NCBI GenBank assembly: GCA_965275905.1
Contig: CBDHYJ010000078.1
Coordinates: 10,908-74,907 of the forward strand
Length of the DNA stretch: 64,000 nt
From: Hyphomicrobiales bacterium
GTDB taxonomy: Bacteria > Pseudomonadota > Alphaproteobacteria > Rhizobiales > JAJFHC01
Reading direction: 5' to 3'
Positions 31,264 to 39,654 of this stretch are shown one piece after another (position 1 is the stretch's first letter; each line of letters begins with the position of its first letter). The notes under the pieces were generated by a model, which was given only the letters and a program-made list of their open reading frames with translations, had not been told where the DNA came from and searched no databases. A program made the translations under genes and the position numbers.

Positions 31264-31974
31264 ATGGCAGACACCGAAACCCAGATGCCGGGCATCGGCG
31301 ACGCCGATGTCGGACGTCGCCAGCTTCAGGTGGTCTTCATGCTCGACTGCTCGGGATCGATGAGAGGCGAAAAGATTGCTTCGCTGAACTACGCCATCCG
31401 TTCCGCCCTGCCGGAGCTCAGGTCGGTTGCGGGTGAAAATCCCGAAGTGCAGGTCATGGTCAGTGCGGTGGCCTTTGCCGATACCGCGGAATGGCACATC
31501 GACGAACCGACGCCGGTCGAGGAGGTCGAGTGGAAGGATGTCGAGGCCGGCGGCGAAACGGCGATGGGCCAGGCGCTCGATCTGGTCGGCGAACTGCTCG
31601 ATAGCGACAGGATTTCCGGCCGGCAACTGCCTCCCGTCATCCTGCTCGTCACCGACGGATACCCGACCGACGACTTCGATGCAGGCTGCGAGGCGTTCTT
31701 CGCGTCCGAGGTGACCCAGCACGCCATGCGGCTGGCGATCGCCATCGGGGACGGCGCCGATACGGAAACGCTGGAGCGCTACATCGACAGTCCGAACGGC
31801 GAGATCAAGCCGCTGCAGGCGAGGAACGCGCCGGACTTGGTGCGTTACCTGAAATGGGCGACGACGGCGCCGGTCAAGGTCACGTCTGCACCCAAACTCG
31901 GACCGTCAAGTCTCGATGACATCGCGGCGGGCATCGATCACCTCAAGGAAAACGACAGCGAAATCGTCTGGTAG
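31264..31974 (+). CDS. TerY-like von Willebrand factor A domain protein
   Basis: ATG is 1 nt after the PrsW stop. MIDAS motif LDCSGSM, followed by GGETAMGQAL, LVTDGYPTD and the C-terminal YLKWATTAP, as in TerY-type vWA proteins. Confidence 0.85.
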   Translation: MADTETQMPGIGDADVGRRQLQVVFMLDCSGSMRGEKIASLNYAIRSALPELRSVAGENPEVQVMVSAVAFADTAEWHIDEPTPVEEVEWKDVEAGGETAMGQALDLVGELLDSDRISGRQLPPVILLVTDGYPTDDFDAGCEAFFASEVTQHAMRLAIAIGDGADTETLERYIDSPNGEIKPLQARNAPDLVRYLKWATTAPVKVTSAPKLGPSSLDDIAAGIDHLKENDSEIVW

Positions 31975-31992
31975 CGATTTGGAGAGACTGGA

Positions 31993-33078
31993 ATGGCTGG
32001 CAATAACTACGACGATATAGCGCGGATCCTGAAGGAGGCCGTGAGGCGGTATCCGGACGATGCCTTTGAAGACACCCGGCGCCTGAAGGGTCTTCTTTCG
32101 GATCATCTGTCGGGGCTGAACAACGAGATCAACATCATTATCGGCGCCCTGGAAGAAGGCATTCCGGACCAGCTCAGGACGTCCGGAGAACAGGGCGTCG
32201 ACATCACGGTCAATCGTCTTACGGAACGCCTGGAGGAGACCAAGGGCATCCGCGGCGACATTGCCAAGAGCGCCGTCATCGCCATTGCGCACGCAATGGA
32301 CCTTTCGGAACTGCCGTCCTCATCTGTCGCCACGATCAGCAAGACGTCGCAGCGACAGACGGACATGCCTCCGTTGAACGATCCGGATCTCAATGATGCC
32401 GGGGGTGGCGGCGATGACTGGGTCGGCGTATCGGAAGTCGTGGAGGAGGCTCCGCGGGAGAGAAAAACCGGTGGCGGTAACACGGGCGGAGCGTCGTCGC
32501 TGCCCGGAGGTCTGAATGACCTCGTCGAAAAGGTGAAGAAGCAGCCGCTTCTGATCGGTGTCGCCGCGGCGGCCGTCGCCGGCGTGCTCTACTTCAGCGG
32601 CGAGTCCTCGACGCCGCAGCCGCCGCCGGGCCCGCAACCGAGTCCGCAGCCGAGCCCGCCGCCCAATCCGCAACCGAATCCGACGCCGCCGCCGAATCCG
32701 CAGCCGAATCCGCCGCCCAACCCGCAGCCGAATCCGCCGCCGAATCCCAAACCGTTCCGGGGCGGCCCGGCGCCGACGCCTGGTCCGGCGGCCAACTTCT
32801 ATTTCGCGGACGACAACCGCAACGTCTGGCGGCCGGCGCCTCAGCACGCCGGTCAGGGATACGGCGCCTTTTCGGCGCGGATCAGCGGCCAGAACGTCAT
32901 CATGAAGTCGCGGCCGACCGGCCAGAGCTCGTTCAGCTTCACGGTCTACAACCAGGCCGGGCAGAAGGTCTTCACCGGTTCCGCCAGGGCGTCCGACGCG
33001 ACGCATTTCAAATATTCGTTCCAGGGTAACGGTCAAAGGGGGCAAGGCACGTGGCACGTCAATCACATGCCGAACTGA
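31993..33078 (+). CDS. single-pass membrane protein: helical N-domain, TM, Pro-rich repeat linker, beta-rich C-domain
   Basis: GGAGAG RBS. TM helix LLIGVAAAAVAGVLYF, then PQPPPGPQPSPQPSPPPNPQPNPTPPPNPQPNPPPNPQPNPPPNPKP, then a ~105-aa C-terminal domain. No family recognised. Confidence 0.75.
   Translation: MAGNNYDDIARILKEAVRRYPDDAFEDTRRLKGLLSDHLSGLNNEINIIIGALEEGIPDQLRTSGEQGVDITVNRLTERLEETKGIRGDIAKSAVIAIAHAMDLSELPSSSVATISKTSQRQTDMPPLNDPDLNDAGGGGDDWVGVSEVVEEAPRERKTGGGNTGGASSLPGGLNDLVEKVKKQPLLIGVAAAAVAGVLYFSGESSTPQPPPGPQPSPQPSPPPNPQPNPTPPPNPQPNPPPNPQPNPPPNPKPFRGGPAPTPGPAANFYFADDNRNVWRPAPQHAGQGYGAFSARISGQNVIMKSRPTGQSSFSFTVYNQAGQKVFTGSARASDATHFKYSFQGNGQRGQGTWHVNHMPN
32656..32754 (+). repeat. in-frame tandem repeat (24-nt unit, about 4 copies) encoding PPPNPQPN
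   Basis: ccgccgcccaatccgcaaccgaat / (ccgacg)ccgccgccgaatccgcagccgaat / ccgccgcccaacccgcagccgaat / ccgccgccgaatcccaaaccg. Confidence 0.85.
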
Positions 33079-33118
33079 CGCTCTGGAGGAGTGTTCGCCG
33101 CAACGAAGAGGAAACATC

Positions 33119-33766
33119 ATGAAAAGCCTGAAACTGCAACTCGCTGCGTCACTGCTTTTGCTGTTCTCTGCCGCAACGGCATTCGCGCAACAATCCCCGG
33201 CCGTGCCGGCCCCGTCGCCGCAGGGACCGAGCTACTACTATATCGATGCCGGAAAGCGCGTCGGGCCGGTGCCGTTTGTCCAGATCGGCGAACTGGTGAA
33301 GTCCGGGCGGATCAAGCCCGATACCTTTGTCTGGACCGACGGCATGTCCGACTGGCTGCCGGCGAGCAAGGTGTCCCAGCTGGCCGCGATCCTGCCCAGG
33401 AAACCCAAGGGCCCGCCGAAGCTGCCCGACACGGACTGGAAGTCCTTTATGACCGGAACATGGAACTCCGAGATTACTCAGCAGCAGCAGGGGATCGTGA
33501 CGATCGTGCGGACCACGCAGACGTTCTCCGCAGACGGGACGTGGTACGGGCTGTTCGAGACGTCCGCCAGTTCCCAGGGGCTGCAGGTTCCGCCAGTGAC
33601 AAGCCAGGCACAGGGGAAGTGGGATGCGAAAAAGGTTCATGGAGAAACCTTCACGATCACCGTGACGGTGAACAATCAAAGTGAGGTCAACAAGATGAAG
33701 CGGCTGGGCCCGAACCTCGTGCGCAACGAGAGCAGCGGATTCGACGCGCGCCGCATTGCGCAGTGA
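33119..33766 (+). CDS. secreted GYF_2 (DUF4339)-domain protein
   Basis: Signal peptide MKSLKLQLAASLLLLFSAATAFAQQ. YYYIDAGKRVGPVPFVQIGELVKSGRIKPDTFVWTDGMSDWLPASKV matches the GYF_2 pattern. The ~120-aa C-terminal domain is unassigned. Confidence 0.75.
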   Translation: MKSLKLQLAASLLLLFSAATAFAQQSPAVPAPSPQGPSYYYIDAGKRVGPVPFVQIGELVKSGRIKPDTFVWTDGMSDWLPASKVSQLAAILPRKPKGPPKLPDTDWKSFMTGTWNSEITQQQQGIVTIVRTTQTFSADGTWYGLFETSASSQGLQVPPVTSQAQGKWDAKKVHGETFTITVTVNNQSEVNKMKRLGPNLVRNESSGFDARRIAQ

Positions 33767-33792
33767 CGACCGCCTGAACTTGGCTAGGATGT

Positions 33793-33819
33793 GCCCCCGG
33801 CCGGTCGACGGCCGGGGGC
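33793..33819 (+). terminator. strong GC stem-loop ending the kinase operon
   Basis: gcccccggccg-gtcga-cggccgggggc forms a perfect 11-bp stem with a 5-nt loop, 27 nt after the GYF gene stop. No U-tract. Confidence 0.55.
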
Positions 33820-33856
33820 ATCAAGACGGAACAAGGCGGTGCCGCCTGCGGGAAAA

Positions 33857-35437
33857 ATGAGCAGAGTTCTCGAAGATATCCTGGATTCCGCGTTTTCGCT
33901 TTTGCCGGACGCTCAGGCGGCGAGGGCCAAGCAACGCCTGATCGAGCGCCACCGGACCGGAATTTCGGCCGAAGCGTTCGAGCTGAAGTGGGCCGAGTTC
34001 GACATGGCCGGACGGTTCTTGCGCGGCGGCATCTCCGATATCTCCGACCTGTCGACCTATATCGTGCTTGTCAGCCAGGAAGACCGGGACATCGAAAAGA
34101 TGGCGATGCTGGCGCGCGAAGGGGTCGCCCGCGCCGGAACCGTCTCGTGGGTTCCCGAGGCGCAGCATTTCCACTGGTTCGTTCCGTTCAGGCCCGCCAG
34201 TGACGAGAGCGTGCTGGAGACCCGGCTGCGGGGGCTGTGCATCACGGAACCGCTGCTCGGCGAGTTGCTCGACCAGTTCAACCCGGACGCCGGGCTCACA
34301 ACGAGCGAGAAGCGGGTCATCTTCCAGACCATGGGCGGGCTTGATCTGCGAACGTCGGCTGACGACGACGGCGTCGTGTACGAGACCAAGCGCGCGCATA
34401 TCAGGAACGTCAACGAGAAGCTCAGATGCGGCGGGCAGAAGGATCTTGTGCGACAGGTCTTCGGCCAGATGATGTACCTGGTTTCCGCAAGCACGTCGGA
34501 TATCGTCCACGCGGAAACGGCGTCCGAGTTTGTCGCGCGCCACCTCGCCGACGACATGCGGCTGCTGACCGTGCGGGGGGCATCGGGAAAGCTCCTGACC
34601 TACCTGCAGGGCGGGGCGTCCGAAGGCGTGCCCGTGGTCATGGTGCACGGCATGATGTTCCCCGTGATCCTGCAGGGCGTGTCGCCCTGTCTCTACGACA
34701 ACAATATCCGCCTCATCGTGCCCATCAGGCCCGGCTATCTGGAATCGCGGCCGCTGACCAGCCTCTACCGGCAGCAGGACCTGCTTGAGAGCGGCATCGA
34801 CGACATCGCCGAGCTGATCGCCGCGCTCGGTATCGGGCCAGCCGTGATTCTGGGTAATTCGCTCGGGGCCCCCGTGGCCATCCGCATGGCCCAGCGCCTG
34901 CCCGAGCAGGTCTCGCATCTCGTGCTGCTGTCGATGAACCTCACCCGGACCAAGCAGGCGCCCAGGGGGCGGGCCGGGCAGTTCTACAGCGGCCTGCGGT
35001 CGCTCGCCTCCGAGGCCGACGTATTCAAGCTGGTCAATCTGGAATTCCGGAAGTACTACGCTGACGAACAGATGTGCCGGACCATCCTGACGCGCCATTT
35101 CGGCGCATCCCCCGCCGACGTCGATGTCCTGGAAGGCAAGCACACCGGCGCGGCGTCCTATGCGATGTTTTCCGAGACCTACCGGACATCGGTTGTCGGG
35201 ATTTCCGAGGATTTCCGCTTTGTCATGAGCAGTCTCAGGAATGCCGTTGGCGGACTCGCGGCGCCGGCCGTGTTCATTCACGGCACCGAGGACCCCCTGA
35301 CGGACGCGTCCGAGATCGAACGGTTGTCGGAGCAGCTGGGCGATGTCCGCGTGGTCCGCATCGACGGGGCGGGACACTTTGCGGCCGTGTCGCATGGCAA
35401 ACAGGTCTGGCGGGCCGTCCGCGACGCCATCCTGTGA
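33857..35437 (+). CDS. fusion protein: possible LuxR/GerE-type HTH region plus alpha/beta-hydrolase domain
   Basis: ORF 33791..35437 trimmed to MSRVLEDIL, which lies downstream of the hairpin. LTTSEKRVIFQTMGG...YETKRAHIRNVNEKL resembles a GerE HTH. C-terminal half: VVMVHGMMFP, nucleophile elbow GNSLG, FIHGTEDPL, GAGHF. Confidence 0.75.
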   Translation: MSRVLEDILDSAFSLLPDAQAARAKQRLIERHRTGISAEAFELKWAEFDMAGRFLRGGISDISDLSTYIVLVSQEDRDIEKMAMLAREGVARAGTVSWVPEAQHFHWFVPFRPASDESVLETRLRGLCITEPLLGELLDQFNPDAGLTTSEKRVIFQTMGGLDLRTSADDDGVVYETKRAHIRNVNEKLRCGGQKDLVRQVFGQMMYLVSASTSDIVHAETASEFVARHLADDMRLLTVRGASGKLLTYLQGGASEGVPVVMVHGMMFPVILQGVSPCLYDNNIRLIVPIRPGYLESRPLTSLYRQQDLLESGIDDIAELIAALGIGPAVILGNSLGAPVAIRMAQRLPEQVSHLVLLSMNLTRTKQAPRGRAGQFYSGLRSLASEADVFKLVNLEFRKYYADEQMCRTILTRHFGASPADVDVLEGKHTGAASYAMFSETYRTSVVGISEDFRFVMSSLRNAVGGLAAPAVFIHGTEDPLTDASEIERLSEQLGDVRVVRIDGAGHFAAVSHGKQVWRAVRDAIL

Positions 35438-35456
35438 CGCTTTTCGCCGGCTCGCT

Positions 35457-36143
35457 CTAGCGGAAGGCCCGGGCCTTTCCGGTGAATGCCCGCGAATTGA
35501 GAATAATTCCGGCAAGCGTTTCCATCTTCCGGCTGGCCTCGTTGAACTTTCCGGTCGCAGACTTGCCCGCACCGAGTAACCTGCGGACGGTTTCGTTGAT
35601 GTGATCGATGCCTTCGCGGCTGGTCACCGGCTCTTCCTGCAGGCTGGCGCGCAACCAGACACCGTCGATCGCGGTGCTGATCTGGCGGGCGACGGTTTCG
35701 ACGGTCTCTGGCGAAGCGACCGGGCGAAGAGCATGCACGAGATTGCTGCGCATTCGGGCTTGAATGACCGTCTGGATGCGCTGGCTCTGGGTGTTGTAGG
35801 GAACGTCGGCACATAGGCTGATCCAGGCGTGGCAGATCGGCTGGCGGAAGATCGGATCGGCGAAATTACCGACGATCACGGCACTCAGGCGCTCGAACGG
35901 GTTTTCGGCATGGCGAAGCAGTTCGATGACGCCGTCGCGCAGCAGTGTATTGGCTTGGCGCATGACACGTTCGAACAGCGCATCCTTGTCCCCGAAGTGA
36001 TGAAGCACGACACCCTTTGAAACGCCGGCGCGTGCCGCGACACGGTCGAGCGTGGTGCCGCGCAGCCCGAACTCGACCAGAATTTCAAGGGCGGCCTCGG
36101 ACAGCTCAGCCTGCCGCATCTGCCTGATGGATCGTTTTGCCAC
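35457..36143 (-). CDS. TetR-family regulator (BetI-like)
   Basis: N-terminal HTH ILVEFGLRGTTLDRVAARAGVSKGVVLHHFGDKDALF. It is divergent from the Rieske oxygenase gene. Confidence 0.85.
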   Translation of the reverse strand: MAKRSIRQMRQAELSEAALEILVEFGLRGTTLDRVAARAGVSKGVVLHHFGDKDALFERVMRQANTLLRDGVIELLRHAENPFERLSAVIVGNFADPIFRQPICHAWISLCADVPYNTQSQRIQTVIQARMRSNLVHALRPVASPETVETVARQISTAIDGVWLRASLQEEPVTSREGIDHINETVRRLLGAGKSATGKFNEASRKMETLAGIILNSRAFTGKARAFR

Positions 36144-36364
36144 TTGGAAAAGCCACGTCTTCTTCTGCCGGGAAGCAGCATATATTCCAGACCATGCTAA
36201 TACAATACAGACTCTTTGACAAAAAACTGACTAATGGTTTACTTTTTTGTAACGACAGTAAACTGTGAACAATCAAATGCCCACCTGAAACCGCCGATGC
36301 GGAATCGCGTTTCCGGCCGGCGTCACGTCAACAGACAGCATGGATTGTGGAAGGGATTTGGAAA

Positions 36365-37522
36365 ATGCCCGGGCAATGCGAGAGGACAAGGATTATCGGC
36401 GAAGGGTTCACGGACAATGCCGCGAACACCCATGCGCCCGCGGGGCACTACTACACCGATCCGGATATTCACCGTCTGGAGCTCGAAAAGGTGTTCCACC
36501 ACGAGTGGAACTACTTCTGCCACCAGAGCCAGATCCCGAATGCCGGGGACTACATGACCGGCGTGGTCGGCGAGGAGTCCCTGTACGTCATCCGCGGCCG
36601 GGACGACGTGATTCGCGCGTTCTACAATGTCTGCCAGCACCGGGGACATGAACTGCTGAAAGGCACCGGCAATATCAAGAGCGTCGTGGTCTGCCCCTAT
36701 CATGCGTGGAGCTACGACATGGAGGGCAACCTTCGCGGCGCGCCGAAGATGCGGGAGGTCAAGGGCTTCGACCGGTCTCAGGTCCGGCTTTCACCGATCG
36801 GCGTGGAGGTCGTCGGCGGGTTCGTGTTCCTCAACTTCGATCCCGACGCCCGGCCGTTCCGGGAGATGGCGCCAGAATTCGAGCCGATCCTCACGTCGAT
36901 GGTGGCGGAGGTCGGCGCACTCCAGTTCGTGAAGCGCAAGGATTACGACATCGGCGCCAACTGGAAGATCGTTACCGAGAATTTCCTAGAGGCCTACCAT
37001 GTCGAGTTCTCTGGTGAGGCCCACAGGGCGCTGGGCCATATCATCGACGTCGGCACCTACCGGTTCAACATCAGCGGGCGCACGATCGAATACACCGCCG
37101 GCGGCGGCGCGGCAGAGGTCATCCCCTATGACGTCAACGCGCGCGACGACTTCACCAATTCACGCAACGCGCCGTTCCATCAGGTGTTCCTCTACCCGCA
37201 CATGACCTTCTCGGTGTTCCCGGGAACGAACATGCTGTTTGTCTTCAACATGCGGCCGAACGGGCCGGAGCGAACGGCCGAGGAGATCATCTACTTCACG
37301 CTCGACGGCAGTATGTCCGCGCCGACCGAAACGGCTGAAGCCTATGTCAGCGACAGCCTCAACCCGGAGGATATTGCGCTGGTGGAGGGGGTTCAGCGGG
37401 GCTTGCGCTCCAGCGGCTACAATCCGGGGCGGCTGATGGTTGATGAAAACGCCGAGGCCGGCTGGGGCGAGCAGTTCATCCACCACTTCAACCAGCTGAA
37501 TCTCGCCGCGCTCGAAATATAA
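36365..37522 (+). CDS. Rieske [2Fe-2S] aromatic-ring-hydroxylating oxygenase alpha subunit family (GbcA/demethylase-like)
   Basis: CQHRGHELL...CPYHAWSY Rieske motif and the catalytic domain (NFLEAYHVEFSGEAH). The track start at 36347 is GTG; ATG 36365 has GGAAGGG upstream. Confidence 0.85.
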   Translation: MPGQCERTRIIGEGFTDNAANTHAPAGHYYTDPDIHRLELEKVFHHEWNYFCHQSQIPNAGDYMTGVVGEESLYVIRGRDDVIRAFYNVCQHRGHELLKGTGNIKSVVVCPYHAWSYDMEGNLRGAPKMREVKGFDRSQVRLSPIGVEVVGGFVFLNFDPDARPFREMAPEFEPILTSMVAEVGALQFVKRKDYDIGANWKIVTENFLEAYHVEFSGEAHRALGHIIDVGTYRFNISGRTIEYTAGGGAAEVIPYDVNARDDFTNSRNAPFHQVFLYPHMTFSVFPGTNMLFVFNMRPNGPERTAEEIIYFTLDGSMSAPTETAEAYVSDSLNPEDIALVEGVQRGLRSSGYNPGRLMVDENAEAGWGEQFIHHFNQLNLAALEI

Positions 37523-37568
37523 GTAATGTAAGATAAGTGAAGGACGGAGGAACGCGGGCGAGCGCACC

Positions 37569-38462
37569 ATGGACCATCGCGCATTTGTCGCGTCGCTGAG
37601 TGCCGAGCAGCGACGGCACCTGACGGCGAAATCCGACCGGGCGGGGCTTGCCCATCTGGTGTCGCACTGGGGCGCGATCCTGCTCGTCGGCGGTCTCATT
37701 CTGGCGGAAGTGCCGGGCTGGCCCCTGCTGATGGTGGTGCAGGGGATCCTGATCGTCTTCCTGTTCACGCTGCTGCACGAGACGGTGCACCGGACGCCGT
37801 TCGCGTCGGAGCGCCTCAACACGCTCGCGGGCTATGTCTGCGGCTTCGCGCTCGTTCTGGCACCCTACTGGTTCCGCTTCTTCCATCTCGCCCATCACCG
37901 CCACACCCATGACCCGGAGCATGATCCGGAACTCGCGCAAGCCAAACCCGATACGGCCTTGCGGTACATCGCCTATGTCTCCGGACTGCCGGTCTGGGTG
38001 TCCCATGTCCGCACGCTCGTCCGGAACGCGGCCGGCCGTTGCGACGACGCCTTCGTGCCGCCGGCAAAACGCGGCCGGGTCCAACACGAGGCGCGGATCA
38101 TGGTGCTCGGCTACGCGATGCTGGCGGCAGTCTGTATCGGTGTCGGCGCAACCGGCCCGCTCTATGTCTGGGTGCTGCCGGCGCTGATCGGCCAGCCGTT
38201 CCTGCGGCTCTACCTCCTGGCGGAGCACGGGCGGTGCCCGCATGTGACCAACATGTTCGAGAACACCCGCACCACCTTCACGACCGGCCTCGTCCGCTGG
38301 CTTGCCTGGAACATGCCCTATCATGCCGAGCATCACGCCTATCCGACGGTGCCGTTCCACCGGTTGCCCGAGCTGCACCGGCTGGCGCGCGCGCACCTGC
38401 GCGAGACCGAGCGCGGCTATGCCCGGTTCCACGCCAAGTACACCGCCGACCTGTCTGCGTGA
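37569..38462 (+). CDS. fatty-acid desaturase family membrane protein
   Basis: Three His boxes: HETVH, HLAHHRHTH, HAEHHAYP. Confidence 0.85.
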   Translation: MDHRAFVASLSAEQRRHLTAKSDRAGLAHLVSHWGAILLVGGLILAEVPGWPLLMVVQGILIVFLFTLLHETVHRTPFASERLNTLAGYVCGFALVLAPYWFRFFHLAHHRHTHDPEHDPELAQAKPDTALRYIAYVSGLPVWVSHVRTLVRNAAGRCDDAFVPPAKRGRVQHEARIMVLGYAMLAAVCIGVGATGPLYVWVLPALIGQPFLRLYLLAEHGRCPHVTNMFENTRTTFTTGLVRWLAWNMPYHAEHHAYPTVPFHRLPELHRLARAHLRETERGYARFHAKYTADLSA

Positions 38463-38479
38463 CGCGTCCGGACGGCCAG

Positions 38480-39406
38480 CTACCCGTCCACTTGCGCAAG
38501 CGTATCTGCCCGCTCGATTGCGCTGACGAGCGAGTTGTCCGAGACCTTGGTATAGATCTCGGTCGTGGAGATGCTTGCGTGACCCAACAGGCGCTGAACG
38601 AGGCGGATATCCACGCCTTCTTCGATAAGCATGGTCGCCGCTGAATGGCGAAATCTATGCGGCGTCAGATGCGGCTCGATGGAAAGGGAGCCGGATAGTG
38701 TCCGTAGCCGCTTCCGGAATGCTGCTTCGGTCAAACGGCTGCCGCGGGAATTCAGGAACAGGAATGCATGAGCATCAGACGAACGGTTTCGGAATTCTCG
38801 ATGATGTCTCAGATCCCGCAACAGGCGGGCGTTCGTGATGTATACGGTTCTCTCGCGGTTGCCCTTGCCGCGCACCCTGATCCGGGAACATGAATGGGAA
38901 ACATCGCTGATGCGCAGATTGGTCGCCTCTCCGATACGCATGCCCGTGACCACGAGCAGACGTGCAATCAGGCCGGTAATCTGATCGGACGTGGTCGGCG
39001 CCTCTAAGCCGCGGCCCTCTTCCACAAGGTGCTTCGAGGCCTGAAACAGCGCGCTGAGGGTAGGGCGGTCGATCGGTCTCGGCAGTCTCCGTGGTACCTT
39101 GAGTTCGAGCCGGAGCCCGTCGAACGGGGACAGTGATCCGTCGGCTTCCTCCTGCAGCCAGCGAAAGTAGGATCGCAAGGTGGCGAAACGCCTGCGGATG
39201 GTTGCCGCGCCGGATGACCTCTCTTCGCGCAGATATTGATGGTATTCGACCATGTCGTCTGGCTTCGGCATGCCGGATAGCCCGTACCGGTCTGCGAATC
39301 TCTTGAATGCTCTCAAATCCTGCTGATACGCCCGGATCGAGTTGGCGCTGAGGCCAAGTTGATCCCGGCAGTAAGTTGCGAACGCGCTGAAATGAATCTC
39401 GATCAT
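38480..39406 (-). CDS. tyrosine site-specific recombinase (XerC/D-phage integrase family)
   Basis: N-terminal SAM-like domain (IRAYQQDLRAFKRF). Catalytic domain with RIGEATNLRISDV, HRFRHSAATMLIEEGVDIRLVQRLLGHASISTTEIYTKV (R..HxxR..H..Y). GGAGAG RBS. Confidence 0.9.
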   Translation of the reverse strand: MIEIHFSAFATYCRDQLGLSANSIRAYQQDLRAFKRFADRYGLSGMPKPDDMVEYHQYLREERSSGAATIRRRFATLRSYFRWLQEEADGSLSPFDGLRLELKVPRRLPRPIDRPTLSALFQASKHLVEEGRGLEAPTTSDQITGLIARLLVVTGMRIGEATNLRISDVSHSCSRIRVRGKGNRERTVYITNARLLRDLRHHREFRNRSSDAHAFLFLNSRGSRLTEAAFRKRLRTLSGSLSIEPHLTPHRFRHSAATMLIEEGVDIRLVQRLLGHASISTTEIYTKVSDNSLVSAIERADTLAQVDG

Positions 39407-39621
39407 CGTGTCTCTCCATTATGTAACGGGTGCGCGATGATCCGGCAGCCGGAGCAACTCGATCGCACCAGCGCGTTGAAGTGCGACGAGAATCTAAAGA
39501 ATCACTTAGGAAATCGATTTTCGGTTTTGGAAATCTGCTGAAAAATAGGATTTAATCCTAAGTTTTTGCTATTCTTCGCGCGCAAATGCTGACTTGTTGA
39601 AGGCAAGAATTGTCAAGTAAC

Positions 39622-39654
39622 GATAACTGGGAATTATCATGAATGTTGAGGGGG
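39622..39654 (+). repeat. inverted repeat, left copy (IR-L)
   Basis: gataactgggaattatcATGAATGTTGAGGGGG: 17 nt of leader plus the first 16 nt of the methyltransferase CDS. Confidence 0.97.

Noticed and set aside
33821-35572. 583-aa minus-strand ORF
   Set aside because: It is antisense to the HTH/alpha-beta-hydrolase gene, which has a complete catalytic-triad pattern, and its composition is shadow-like.
36215-36250. TTGACA hexamer and ACAAAAAA/TTTTTTGT inverted repeat between the TetR and Rieske genes
   Set aside because: There is no acceptable -10 element at 16-18 nt spacing (best is TTACTT), and the arms are homopolymer-rich. It is a possible operator but too weak to call.
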